Below the pieces are notes generated by a model, which did not search any database, was not told the origin of the DNA, and saw nothing but the letters and a program-made list of their open reading frames with translations. From positions 1 through 46,052 of IMG/VR virus record IMGVR_UViG_3300044711_000030: 46,052 nucleotides of DNA. One strand, written 5' to 3'. Made by a program: the position numbers and the translations under genes. Shown one piece after another: positions 26,347-36,356 of the stretch. This DNA comes from a virus (taxonomy: Duplodnaviria; Caudoviricetes). How positions within the stretch are numbered: the first letter of the stretch is position 1; every line of letters begins with the position of its first letter.

Positions 26347-27170
26347 TTTTTGTCGTCAACAATGACCATACGTCGAGCGTGCTGCGCGGGAATCACATCG
26401 CCGAAGCGCTCGGCGCGAAGCTGTGTTTCGCGGACCTCGGCGGCGCTCGGAATCAGGACGTGGTGTTCGTGAAGGAAGCCGACCGCGGGCTGGTGGAGGA
26501 TGCGGCGGACAGGGGCAATCGAATCATCCTCGATATCATCGATTACTACTGCTATAAGAGCCGCGCCTGCCCGTTCTACGATCTGGTGGATGTCCTAATC
26601 GTCCCGAACCGCTCCTGCATCGCGTGGTATGCAAAGCTATTTCCAGTCGCCCGATACGCCATCATTCCGCACCAGTGGGACTACCGCATCAATGGCATGG
26701 CGCAGCAGGAAAAGTTCGCGCTCGGCTACATAGGCAAGGGTTTCAACCAGACGCTGCCTACCGGGTGGGGAGGACAGAGCGTTTGGGACTCGGCGCGCCA
26801 TCTCGAGGCCGCGCCTACGTTCAACCTGCACCTAGCGCTGCAACGCAGGGAGGAGCGGATAGCGCTCCTGAAGCCGGCGACGAAGGTATCCACGGCGGCG
26901 GCTGTGGGCGCCAACGTCCTGACCTACCGCGATCCATCCGTAGTCGAGCTTTTGGGAGACGACTACCCGTTTTATGTTGACGGAGAGCCAATGCCTGCAA
27001 TTAGGATGGCTCGGGAATCGTTCGGCGGCGCGGCATGGAAGAAAGGGCGCGAAATGATGAAAGCGGTTAAGGAGAAAACCTCGCTCGAGGCTGTCGCGGG
27101 GCTCTATAAGAGGCTCGGCGACGGCGACGCCTCCATGCTGGTCGATGCTCCGATGGCCGAGGCGGCGTAA
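26343..27170 (+). CDS. Putative GT-B-like glycosyltransferase
   Basis: SSVLRG, VVFVK, ILDIID, IPHQWD, GYIG, KPATKVSTAAAVG; cluster context. Confidence 0.55.
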   Translation: MIFVVNNDHTSSVLRGNHIAEALGAKLCFADLGGARNQDVVFVKEADRGLVEDAADRGNRIILDIIDYYCYKSRACPFYDLVDVLIVPNRSCIAWYAKLFPVARYAIIPHQWDYRINGMAQQEKFALGYIGKGFNQTLPTGWGGQSVWDSARHLEAAPTFNLHLALQRREERIALLKPATKVSTAAAVGANVLTYRDPSVVELLGDDYPFYVDGEPMPAIRMARESFGGAAWKKGREMMKAVKEKTSLEAVAGLYKRLGDGDASMLVDAPMAEAA

Positions 27171-27775
27171 TGGCAATCAGCACGCACGCAGAACTGAAGG
27201 CCGCTATCAGCAGCTTCAAGCATCGCTCGGACCTTTCCGCGGTACTCGACGACATCGTAACGCTCGGCGAGAAGCGGATCATGCGCGAAGTGCGCGCGAC
27301 CGAGATGGAAACAGCGTTATCGGTTGCGATCTCCGGCAGCGGAACGGCGACGGTGCCGACCGGGTTTCTTGGGCTGAAATATGCGTTCATCGATGGCTCA
27401 CCGACGAGCCCGCTCACCATCAGATCGCCAGCCCAAGTTCTAGGCAGGTATCCGCAAAGATCCTCGAGCAGCAAGCCCTCAGACATCGCCTACGACGCCG
27501 GAACATTCATCTTCGGCCCGTTCCCTGACAGCACGTACACGGTCAAGGGCACGTATTACGCCCGCCAGGGGCCGCTATCGAGCGCCGTCTATGCGCTCTT
27601 TACAAATAACCCGGATCTATTCCTTTTCGCCTGCCTCGCTGAAACGGAGGTATACGTCGTCAACGAGAAGCGCCTTCCTATGTGGATGGCGAAATACGAG
27701 TCCATCAAGGATGCAATCAACACAGAGGCTAAGGGCATCGCCTACTCTGGCGGGATGCAGATTACGCTCGGATGA
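27170..27775 (+). CDS. Head-to-tail adaptor
   Basis: MAISTHAELKAAI...GPFPDSTY...NPDLFLFACL; position in gene order. Confidence 0.75.
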   Translation: MAISTHAELKAAISSFKHRSDLSAVLDDIVTLGEKRIMREVRATEMETALSVAISGSGTATVPTGFLGLKYAFIDGSPTSPLTIRSPAQVLGRYPQRSSSSKPSDIAYDAGTFIFGPFPDSTYTVKGTYYARQGPLSSAVYALFTNNPDLFLFACLAETEVYVVNEKRLPMWMAKYESIKDAINTEAKGIAYSGGMQITLG

Positions 27776-29268
27776 TTGATCCGCTAAACATTCGAGGTTA
27801 CGCGCCGGACCTGGACCCAGCAACGCCGGGGATTATCACAACCTGCACGGCGCTGGTGCCGTCCATGAAGGGTATGAAGGCGGCGCCCTCTGCCTCGGAT
27901 GCTGGGCTCAATGCGCTGTCTGCGGCGTGCAAGGGCTCTGCGGTAATCCGCAAGCTCGACAACTCCACACGGTTCATCGCTGGCAGCGCGGCGAAGCTCG
28001 AGGAGAACGTATCGGGGGCCTCGTGGACAGATCGTACGCGCGCAGTAGGAGGCGCTTACGGCCTCGGTGCAGATACGCGCTGGCGCTTCGCGCAATATGG
28101 CGACTTCACGCTGGCGGCGGCGAAGTCCGATTTGTTGCAGGTATCTTCATCCGGTGCCTTCGCTGATGTAGCTGGTTCGCCGAAGGCCGAGATTGTCGAT
28201 ACCGTTGGTCAGTTCGTGATGCTTCTAAACACGAACGAGGCGTCATTCGGGGACTCTCCCGACCGCTGGTTCTGCTCTGGCATCGGCACGCACACGGTAT
28301 GGACGCCGGCGCTCGCCACGCAATGCGCTACAGGGCGCCTTACCAGCTCGCAGGGGCCGATCCGCGGCGGCAGGCGCTTGGGTGATTCGATGGTCGCATA
28401 TAAGGATCGCAGCATGTTCCTTGGCGCCTACGTCGGCCCGCCGCTCGTATGGGACTGGCGAGAAGTATCTGACACAGTAGGAGCGCCGTGCCAGGAGGTA
28501 ATTGTCCCCATCACGACGAAGGGCGGCGGCGCGGCGCATATCTTCATGGGGCATGATGATTTCTACTATTACGACGGTTCGCGCCCGATCCCCATTCCGA
28601 ACCCGGTAAAGAAAACGATTTCCGAGTCGATCAACAGGCCATTTATCTCGAGGTCGTGGGCGCTGCATGACAGGAACAATTCGATCATCTACTTCTTTTT
28701 CGTCTCGACATCGATCGGGGTAATAGATTCCGGCGTTGCGTATAACTACCGCAAGGATCAATGGCTGGACTCTTGGGGGCGGCACGACCTGACGATTGAG
28801 GCCGCGGCCGAGTACGTTTCGCCAGGCGTGATCTATGACGACCTCGGGACGCTCTTTTCTACCTACGACACGGACATCCCGTTTTCCTACGATTCGCCGT
28901 TTTGGGTCGCTGCCACGCCGAGCCCGGCGATATTCGACACGGCACACAAGGTCAAGACTCTCAGCGGCACCCCTGGCTCGTCCTCGTTCACGCTCTCGGA
29001 CATCGGGAACGATAACGACATCATCCTGGTGCGCCGGGCGAGGCTACGCTATTTGCAGACGCCGATGTCTGCGACATTGCAAAACGCCTACAAGATGCTA
29101 TCCGGCGAGCAGTTTACGAATGATGCGGTCACTTCGCTCGACAGCGGGAAGTTCGATGTGATCCGCTCTGCGCGGTGGCACAGGCTATCGCATACGGCTT
29201 CTGGAAACATGGAGATTCCGCACGCTAACGGGCTCTCGCTCGACACGGAACCGGACGGCCAGGAATGA
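27772..29268 (+). CDS. Tail nozzle/stabilisation protein (P22 gp10-like)
   Basis: GYAPDL, WRFAQYG, DFYYYDG; beta-rich, about 500 aa; follows the adaptor. Confidence 0.7.
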   Translation: MIDPLNIRGYAPDLDPATPGIITTCTALVPSMKGMKAAPSASDAGLNALSAACKGSAVIRKLDNSTRFIAGSAAKLEENVSGASWTDRTRAVGGAYGLGADTRWRFAQYGDFTLAAAKSDLLQVSSSGAFADVAGSPKAEIVDTVGQFVMLLNTNEASFGDSPDRWFCSGIGTHTVWTPALATQCATGRLTSSQGPIRGGRRLGDSMVAYKDRSMFLGAYVGPPLVWDWREVSDTVGAPCQEVIVPITTKGGGAAHIFMGHDDFYYYDGSRPIPIPNPVKKTISESINRPFISRSWALHDRNNSIIYFFFVSTSIGVIDSGVAYNYRKDQWLDSWGRHDLTIEAAAEYVSPGVIYDDLGTLFSTYDTDIPFSYDSPFWVAATPSPAIFDTAHKVKTLSGTPGSSSFTLSDIGNDNDIILVRRARLRYLQTPMSATLQNAYKMLSGEQFTNDAVTSLDSGKFDVIRSARWHRLSHTASGNMEIPHANGLSLDTEPDGQE

Positions 29269-29576
29269 GGATCAATGTAGAGAGCGAGATCCCGCAGAAG
29301 TACATGCCTAGCGTATTCGCTCGGATACTGCGCGCCATCACGCAGCAGCTTAATTTGCTCTCTGAGGGCTTCGTACAGGCGGCGACGAACGCCGCTACCG
29401 CCATGCCAACGAGCGGTACCTATAAGCAGGGTGACTTCGTTCGCAAGTCAGACTTGGTAGAGGCTGGCGGCGCCGGGGCGAAATACGTGATAACCGGCTG
29501 GCTGCGCCTGACGGATGGCTCGGCCCATGTCCTAAATACCGATTGGGTGACATCACGGGTGCTGACAGGGAATTAG
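29265..29576 (+). CDS. Small tail-associated protein
   Basis: PTSGTYKQGDFV...GW motif seen in spike proteins. Confidence 0.55.
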   Translation: MRINVESEIPQKYMPSVFARILRAITQQLNLLSEGFVQAATNAATAMPTSGTYKQGDFVRKSDLVEAGGAGAKYVITGWLRLTDGSAHVLNTDWVTSRVLTGN

Positions 29577-29617
29577 CTTGCATCCCGCAAAAGGCCGCGA
29601 ATAGGATCGCCGCGCCT

Positions 29618-30169
29618 ATGTGCTTCGCTCCGACCCTGCGGAACTTCAAAAAAATAGCGGATGGCGTTGACGTTCAGCCGCTTCTAGACCAACTGGCCGC
29701 GCATCCGGAACTGTGGGGAATGCACGGATGGCGCAAGAAAATAGGCGTGCACTCGCAGATGTCGGACATTTGGGTGCGCTTCGCCGAGCGTGAGGAGGAC
29801 TTTCATCGCCCGCACTTCGGGAGTTGGTATCCGGCCTATCGCACGCTGCCAGCGCTTGAAAAGCTGATCTTCGATGCGATGGCTGCCGTGCGTGCGTCGC
29901 ACCTCGGCGGCGTGCTGATTACGCGCATACCTCCTGGTGGGAAGATCCTGCCGCACATCGATCGCGGCTGGCATCCAGAATTCATGAACACGAAGCTTTA
30001 CTACGTTCTGAAGACGAATCAGCAGTGCGTATTTCGCGCGGAAGACGAGCGCGTGACGATGGACGTAGGCGACTGCTGGCAAATCGACAACACACGCGAG
30101 CACGATGTAGTGAACGACGGCGACAGCGAGCGCATGACGCTCATCGTCTGTACGCGAGTGGAGCGCTGA
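29618..30169 (+). CDS. Aspartyl/asparaginyl beta-hydroxylase-like 2OG-Fe(II) enzyme
   Basis: LGGVLITRIPPGGKILPHID (HxD) ... WQIDNTREHDVVN...RMTLIV. Confidence 0.85.
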   Translation: MCFAPTLRNFKKIADGVDVQPLLDQLAAHPELWGMHGWRKKIGVHSQMSDIWVRFAEREEDFHRPHFGSWYPAYRTLPALEKLIFDAMAAVRASHLGGVLITRIPPGGKILPHIDRGWHPEFMNTKLYYVLKTNQQCVFRAEDERVTMDVGDCWQIDNTREHDVVNDGDSERMTLIVCTRVER

Positions 30170-30501
30170 TGTATCCGCAACCTGACGTTTCCAAATTCAC
30201 CGAGCCGCCAGTCGAGTTTGTCGGCGAAGTCGAAGGCATCTCGATCCGCTCGACGCTGCTTGAAAAAGCGGGCGATTGCGTAGGGCAGCACGCGCACTCG
30301 TATTCGCACGCGACCCTCGTCGGCTCAGGCAGGGTTCGTATGTGGGCCGATGGCGTATGGGCGGGAGATTACAAGCGCGCCGAAGTAATCGCGGTAAAGG
30401 CCGGCGTCGTTCACATCTTTGAGGCGCAGGAGGACAACACTTTTATGAGCTGCCTGACAATTTCCGAGATTGCCGAGATGGTCAGAAAGGAGGCGGTCTA
30501 A
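30169..30501 (+). CDS. Cupin-domain protein
   Basis: QHAHSYSHATLVGSGRV...VKAGVVHIFEA..DNT. Confidence 0.8.
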   Translation: MYPQPDVSKFTEPPVEFVGEVEGISIRSTLLEKAGDCVGQHAHSYSHATLVGSGRVRMWADGVWAGDYKRAEVIAVKAGVVHIFEAQEDNTFMSCLTISEIAEMVRKEAV

Positions 30502-31442
30502 TGCCTTGGGCCGCGGCGGCTGGCGCTGGGATCAGTTGGGGCCTGAGCGAGCTATCTAAGGATGACTCCCCAAGGAGCGGCACATCTACCACGTCGAATG
30601 ATCCGTGGTGGGGGCAGCAAGGATTCCTTCAGGGAGGTTTCAAGGAGGCAGGACGCCTATACACACAGGGGCCATTGCAGTATTACCCTGGGCAGACCGT
30701 AGCCGGGCAGTCGCCTTACACGCAGCAGGCGATTGGGCGCATGGCTGGGAGCTCAAATGATCCCAACTCGCTCACGAATCAATCGCTAGGCGAATTCGGC
30801 AAGACAATCCAGGGCGACTATCTCAAGGCCGACTCGAATCCGTATCTCAAGGGAGCGGTCGATGATGCGCTCGGACAGGTGCAGGGACGCGTAAGCGGCC
30901 TCTATGGTGCCCGCGGCGGGAATAACTACGGCTCGTCCGCACACGAGGAAACGCTCGGGCGCACGCTAGCCGCTACCGCGCTGCCGATGTACGCGCAGAA
31001 CTATCAGACCGAGCGCGGGCGCCAGTTGAACGCGGCGCAGCTCGGGCCGGGCATGGAAGCGCAGGGCGCTGCTGGGGTCACGCAGGCCGGAGCGGCCACG
31101 GACGCCTACCAGCAGAGGCTCACCGACGCGGACAAGGCGCGATACGACTTCGGGCAGACATCGCCCTGGGACACCCTGCAGCGCTATCAGAGCACGGTCA
31201 CCGGGAACTATGGCGGGTTGCAGACGCAGACGAGTCCATATTTCGCGCCTAACCCATTGGCGAACATTGCGGGCGGCGCGGCTACTGGCTTGGGTATCTA
31301 CAACCAGGGCAAGCAGGCCGGGCTCTGGGGGACGAACGCTGGCGGCGGCAGCGGGCTCTCCGGCAATTACAACGTGCAGGGCGACTTCAATCCTTATTAC
31401 ACCGGCATGGACGCGAGCGGCGGCGGCTACGCCTACGGATAG
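30501..31442 (+). CDS. DNA ejection/internal virion protein
   Basis: Gly/Gln-rich; MPWAAAAGAG start; NPYL, YQTERGRQ motifs. Confidence 0.7.
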   Translation: MPWAAAAGAGISWGLSELSKDDSPRSGTSTTSNDPWWGQQGFLQGGFKEAGRLYTQGPLQYYPGQTVAGQSPYTQQAIGRMAGSSNDPNSLTNQSLGEFGKTIQGDYLKADSNPYLKGAVDDALGQVQGRVSGLYGARGGNNYGSSAHEETLGRTLAATALPMYAQNYQTERGRQLNAAQLGPGMEAQGAAGVTQAGAATDAYQQRLTDADKARYDFGQTSPWDTLQRYQSTVTGNYGGLQTQTSPYFAPNPLANIAGGAATGLGIYNQGKQAGLWGTNAGGGSGLSGNYNVQGDFNPYYTGMDASGGGYAYG

Positions 31443-31445
31443 ACG

Positions 31446-32870
31446 ATGCCCGGCGCGCTCGACAACTACGACATCAATGGAATCCTGGCGCAACTGCTGC
31501 GCGTCGGGCCGACCGAGGATGAGAAGAGGCAGGCGGGGGCGCAGGCCCTTACGCGCACGGGCCTAGGGATCTTGGCCGCGAACCAGCCTAGCCGGATGCC
31601 GCAGAACCCTATGGGCATCCTCGCGCAGGGTGCGACTGGCGGGCTGGACGCCTACCAGGGGGCGCTCGACAGGCAGGGAGCCGAGCGCAAGCAGAGCGCC
31701 GCTGGCGCGCTGCAGGCGCTCCAGATAAAGAAGCAGATGGAGCAGCAGCAGGCGCTTGCCGGGCTGCTATCTCCGCCTAGCGGTGGCGTGCAGCCTGCCG
31801 GCGGAACTCCGCAGGGCGGCATGCTGACGACAGGGGCGCCTACCGCTCCAGGGCCGAGTCTGCCTCCAGGCTATACCGACATCCCGCTCGGCAAGCTGCA
31901 GGCCCTAGCGGCCTCAGGCATGAACGTTGAGCAGTTTCTAAAGCTCAGAGATGCGGCGCAGCCGAAGCTCGAGAACGTGCCTGGCATTGGCATGGTGGAC
32001 CCGCGCACGGGTCAGCCGGTCGTTTCCATGCCGCGGATTACCGACTCCGGGCGCGCGGCTGGGGCTATACCGGACGGCAAGGGCGGATGGACCGTTCAGG
32101 TGCCGCAGGGGTCCGTCAATGCCTACAGCCAGTTCCAGAACGCCGATGAGCAGGCGAAGGCGGCGCATGACCTCGTGACGGTGCCGCCGTCCAGCCCGAA
32201 CGCGCCGCCGACATTCGCCTCGCGGGCGAGCTTGCTGCCCGGTGGCGGCGCACCTCCCGGCCCTGGCGGTCCCGCAGCGCCTGGCGTCCCTCCTGGCCAG
32301 CGCCCAGCCGCAGGCATGTCACCGGCCGCCGCCTCCCAGCAAGCCGCCGACGCCGCGCAGCGCATGGAGATTTCCAAGAACTACGGGCAGATTTACAACC
32401 AGGCGCAGAACGCGGCCATGCAGAACCCGGCGAAGGTCGCGAAGCTGCAGCGCATCGGGACGCTGCTCGGCGATTTTGAGGGCGGCAAGCTCTCGGCTAC
32501 CGGGCTCGAGGTAGCCCGCACGGCAAACTCGCTCGGCATCAAGCTCGACCCGAAGCTATCGAACAAGGAAGCCTCCGAAGCGCTGACCAACGAGGTAGCG
32601 CTGGAGCTCCGCTCTACCGGGAGCGGCGCCGGAATGCCGGGCGCCATGTCGGACGCAGATCGCGAATTCCTGAAGGGCATGACCCCGCAAATGGCGCAGA
32701 CCGCCGAGGGGCGCCGCACGATCATCGAATCGCGCGTGAAAGTGCTGGAGCGCGAAAACCAAGTTTCCAAGATGGCGCGGCAGTACAAGCAGAAATACGG
32801 CACGCTGAATGAAGACTTCTTCAATCAGCTTTCGGGATGGTCCGAGCGCAATCCGATCTTCAAAAAGTGA
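31446..32870 (+). CDS. DNA ejection/internal virion protein
   Basis: Ala/Gly/Gln/Pro-rich; PGAMSDADREFL motif. Confidence 0.7.
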   Translation: MPGALDNYDINGILAQLLRVGPTEDEKRQAGAQALTRTGLGILAANQPSRMPQNPMGILAQGATGGLDAYQGALDRQGAERKQSAAGALQALQIKKQMEQQQALAGLLSPPSGGVQPAGGTPQGGMLTTGAPTAPGPSLPPGYTDIPLGKLQALAASGMNVEQFLKLRDAAQPKLENVPGIGMVDPRTGQPVVSMPRITDSGRAAGAIPDGKGGWTVQVPQGSVNAYSQFQNADEQAKAAHDLVTVPPSSPNAPPTFASRASLLPGGGAPPGPGGPAAPGVPPGQRPAAGMSPAAASQQAADAAQRMEISKNYGQIYNQAQNAAMQNPAKVAKLQRIGTLLGDFEGGKLSATGLEVARTANSLGIKLDPKLSNKEASEALTNEVALELRSTGSGAGMPGAMSDADREFLKGMTPQMAQTAEGRRTIIESRVKVLERENQVSKMARQYKQKYGTLNEDFFNQLSGWSERNPIFKK

Positions 32871-34066
32871 TGGCGAACGATACCGACATCTTCGGCGCAG
32901 CGACCGGCAAGGCGACGAAGGACGCCGACATTTTCGGCGACCTGACCGACGCGCCGCCGCGCGCCGAGGTTCAGGCCGCAGCGCCCGAGAAGCCGCCTAC
33001 GACTTTCTCGGATCGCATGAAGTCTATGGGATTGGCCGGGGTCAAGGGACTGCTAACTGGCGGGCCGATGGGCGTTGTTCGCGAATCCGGCATGGAGGCG
33101 ATGAAGCAGCAAGGCGAACTCATGGATCATCTCGCCTACGGCGCAGGCGAGAAAGTATCGGATGCCGCCGCGAAGGTGCTGCCAGCCGAAGCCGCAGCCG
33201 GTCTGGGCGTCGCTGCGAACATGGGCACGCAGGCCATCCCAATGCTATTCGGCGGTCAAGCAGCTAAGGCCGTGGCCAATCCAGCGTTCCAGGCAATGGG
33301 GCGCAATCTTATGCAAAGCGCGATCAAGCCGACGGGAAAGGATCTGCTGCTCGGCAAGGCTGATCGCGCCGCTCAAACGCTGCTCGACGAAGGTATCAAC
33401 GTAACGCGCGGCGGCATGCAGGAGCTTCGCGGTAAGGCGAGCGCGATAAATGATGTCGTCGAGTCCATCATTGGCTCCTCTAGCGCGACAGTCGATAAGG
33501 GCTCAGTCGCGAGCCGCATTCAGGATGTCGTTAACAGGATCGAGAAATCGAATCCGACGCCGCAAGATGCGCTCGCCGAAGTTGAGAAGGTCTACAACCA
33601 GTTCATGTCGAACGGGCTTCTGCCGAAAGACATTCCTCTGGCACGCGCTCAGGAACTTAAGCAGGGCATCTATCGGATGCTCAAGGAGAAATACGGCGCG
33701 CTCAGCTCAGATGTTGAAGAGGCGCAGAAAGCGCTGGCGCGAGGATTCAAGGAGACGATAGAGAAGGCGGAGCCTGCCGTAGGGCAGCTCAACGCGAAGG
33801 CTCAACAACTTTGGAATGCGCTGAACGTATCGGAGCGTCGCGCTCTGATGCAGGCGAATAACCAAGTCGGCGGGCTTTCTTGGCTCACGCATAACCCTTG
33901 GACGTGGGCGGCTTCGATGGCCGATCGCAGCTCGCTCATCAAATCGCTAATGGCGCGCGCGCTCCATTCTGGAGAAATCCCAGAAAACGCTGCTAGAGCT
34001 GGCATCGGCATCCTTAACTCGCAGAACGCGCAGCCGCCGAGCGGCGTCTTAATGGAGAACAGGTAA
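32870..34066 (+). CDS. DNA ejection/internal virion protein
   Basis: MANDTDIF start; helical Ala-rich; third of a trio typical of podoviruses. Confidence 0.65.
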   Translation: MANDTDIFGAATGKATKDADIFGDLTDAPPRAEVQAAAPEKPPTTFSDRMKSMGLAGVKGLLTGGPMGVVRESGMEAMKQQGELMDHLAYGAGEKVSDAAAKVLPAEAAAGLGVAANMGTQAIPMLFGGQAAKAVANPAFQAMGRNLMQSAIKPTGKDLLLGKADRAAQTLLDEGINVTRGGMQELRGKASAINDVVESIIGSSSATVDKGSVASRIQDVVNRIEKSNPTPQDALAEVEKVYNQFMSNGLLPKDIPLARAQELKQGIYRMLKEKYGALSSDVEEAQKALARGFKETIEKAEPAVGQLNAKAQQLWNALNVSERRALMQANNQVGGLSWLTHNPWTWAASMADRSSLIKSLMARALHSGEIPENAARAGIGILNSQNAQPPSGVLMENR

Positions 34067-35092
34067 ATGGCCGCTGACACCGACGACGCTCTATACGAAT
34101 GGTCAACGACCGAATCGAACAACAAGCCGCTCGGCACCACCACCGTATCGACGAACTGGGACGATAACCTGCGGATGATTCAGAAGGTCGTCCGCGGCTG
34201 GCTTGGGTCCAAGGGCGCCGACATCGCATCGGCGGCAACAACAGACCTAGGGGCAATCGAGGGCTATGCCCACGACATCACCGGCTCGGTGACGATTACG
34301 AGCTTCGGCACGGTCTCTGCCGGCATTCACAAGGTTGTCGTGTTTGAGGGGGCCCCCCTTGTTACCCACAACGCAACCTCGCTAATCCTCCCGGGCGGAG
34401 AAAACATCCAGGCCGCTGCCGGCGATATCGGCCTATTCATCTCCGAGGGCTCCGGCAACTGGCGCTGCGTCACGTTTCTGAGGGCAGCAGTTTCTCCGAA
34501 TTCCGGCTTCAGCACCGGGGACGTAAAGCTGACCATCAAGACGACGGCCGATGCTGGCTGGGTCATGATGAACGACGGGACGATCGGCAACGCGGCGAGC
34601 GGCGGCACCACGCGCGCAAACGCGGACACGCTGCCGCTGTTCACGCTGATCTACAACAACACCGCGGATGCAGATTGCGCTGTCAGCGGAGGGCGCGGCG
34701 CGAACGCAGCGGCCGACTATGCGGCCAATAAGACGATTGCGCTCCCGAAGGCGCTAGGGCGGGCGCTGGCTGGCGCCGGAGCTGGCTCCGGGCTTACCTC
34801 GAGAGCGCTAGCAAAAGCGCTTGGCGACGAGAATCCGCAGGCGCATACGCACACTGGAACAACCAACACAGACGGCACGCACGATCACGTTCTGGCCGGG
34901 CTGCACCACTTCAACAACGTGGCACCTGGCATCGGGTCGAACAACTTCGGCGGCGCAGGCACGACTACTGATCTCGGTCCTATGAGCGCGAATTCCGAGC
35001 ATGCCCACGCCTTCACGACCGCATCGAGCGGCACTGGGTCAGCGGGGAATATGCAGCCGAGCGTGTTCCTGAACGTGATGATCAAGCTGTGA
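34067..35092 (+). CDS. Tail fibre protein (collar-like domain)
   Basis: WSTT...N N-terminus; GADIASAATTDLG; FSTGDVK..GWVMMNDGTIG; HxH repeats; NMQPSVFLNVMIKL. Confidence 0.85.
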   Translation: MAADTDDALYEWSTTESNNKPLGTTTVSTNWDDNLRMIQKVVRGWLGSKGADIASAATTDLGAIEGYAHDITGSVTITSFGTVSAGIHKVVVFEGAPLVTHNATSLILPGGENIQAAAGDIGLFISEGSGNWRCVTFLRAAVSPNSGFSTGDVKLTIKTTADAGWVMMNDGTIGNAASGGTTRANADTLPLFTLIYNNTADADCAVSGGRGANAAADYAANKTIALPKALGRALAGAGAGSGLTSRALAKALGDENPQAHTHTGTTNTDGTHDHVLAGLHHFNNVAPGIGSNNFGGAGTTTDLGPMSANSEHAHAFTTASSGTGSAGNMQPSVFLNVMIKL

Positions 35093-35450
35093 ACCGCATC
35101 CCGGTCCAGGCTCGCTCAAGCAGTAATCGTTGGCATAGAGCCAGATGACTATCAACTGGAACAGTAGGCTGAGCGCGCCGGACAAGAGGGCGACTCTAAA
35201 GGAGACGGTTCCCATTATCGGAACTATACCAGCAGCAAAGGAGGGGGCCCCGGTGATTGAGCCACCGTTGCCCCTTACAAGCGGCAGGCCCCCGTGTACG
35301 CTGCCGTACGCAGGGAACGCTACCACCACTCGGCTCAAGAATGTTGTGCATATTCACATTCGGAGAGCCGATGAAGACCGCACTTTCGCTAATCCGTGAC
35401 CTCATTTGTTATCTCTTTGTCTTGGCCCTGGTATTTAGCCGGAGAAAGGC

Positions 35451-35720
35451 ATGACCGATGAGACCGAAGTCAGCGCCGAGACAGCACTGGGGAAGTTCCG
35501 GGTTGCGGGGAAGGATGTGAGTACCTTGGCTACGATTGCGAACCTGATCCTTGTCGTATTGCTGCTGCTATTGATGTGGCAGCACATCGGCCATGCGGAT
35601 TCTTATTCAAGAACTTTGCAAGACATGGTGCAGGCCATGCGCGAGCAAAACTGTCTCATCGCAATCCCAGAGGCGCAGCGAGAGGCGAAGGCTGATTTCT
35701 GCAAGCGAATCACCAAATGA
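35451..35720 (+). CDS. Single-TM membrane protein
   Basis: IANLILVVLLLLLMW; GGAG RBS. Confidence 0.65.
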   Translation: MTDETEVSAETALGKFRVAGKDVSTLATIANLILVVLLLLLMWQHIGHADSYSRTLQDMVQAMREQNCLIAIPEAQREAKADFCKRITK

Positions 35721-35730
35721 AAGGAACACC

Positions 35731-35868
35731 ATGACACTCGCACTCGTAATCGTCGCCGCAATTCTTCTGCTGCTCGCCGCACTCAATGTCCCGACTGGAC
35801 CTCGAGTCAGCATTGGCTGGCTTGGGCTTTTCTTCTGGGTGCTAAGTACGCTCTGGGGGAAGTTCTGA
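35731..35868 (+). CDS. Small two-TM membrane protein
   Basis: MTLALVIVAAILLLLAAL...IGWLGLFFWVLS; AAGGA RBS. Confidence 0.7.
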   Translation: MTLALVIVAAILLLLAALNVPTGPRVSIGWLGLFFWVLSTLWGKF

Positions 35869-35869
35869 A

Positions 35870-36349
35870 GTGATCGAAGGCCGCACGCACGATCAAGATC
35901 TGCGCGAGTTAAAGGCAGAAGTTAATGGCCTTCGCATGCTCATGGAGGAGCGAAATAAGTGGTACGGCGAGAGAGACAGGGATCGCCAGCAAGCGGTAGA
36001 TAAGGCCCTGGCGGCGGTTGAGAAACAAACGGCCTCGGCCTTCGAGGCGGCGAAGGAGTCAAATACCACCGCAGCGGCGAATCAGAAGGAAGCGGTATTA
36101 AAGCAGGAGGACGCGCAACGGGCTTACAACACAAGCCACAATGATCTGCTGCGAAAGTTAGACGACCAGAATAAAGCAACAATGCCGAGGATAGAGCAGG
36201 AGCAACGCTTCTCTACGCAGCAGAAGGAAATAGGCGAGCTAGAGAAGTTCAGATCGAACATAGAAGGCCGGCTGCTGGTTTGGGCTGGAATTCTAGTCGT
36301 GGCTTCAGGTGGTATAGCTACACTACTTTCCTTAGCCTTTAGCAAATAG
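35870..36349 (+). CDS. Coiled-coil protein with C-terminal TM segment
   Basis: AVDKALAA...F.AAKE coiled coil; LLVWAGILVVASGGIATLLSLAF. Confidence 0.7.
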   Translation: MIEGRTHDQDLRELKAEVNGLRMLMEERNKWYGERDRDRQQAVDKALAAVEKQTASAFEAAKESNTTAAANQKEAVLKQEDAQRAYNTSHNDLLRKLDDQNKATMPRIEQEQRFSTQQKEIGELEKFRSNIEGRLLVWAGILVVASGGIATLLSLAFSK

Positions 36350-36356
36350 GAACGAC

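Noticed and set aside
34067-35450. Diversity-generating retroelement or invertible tail-fibre system
   Set aside because: No reverse transcriptase, template/variable repeat pair or invertase seen
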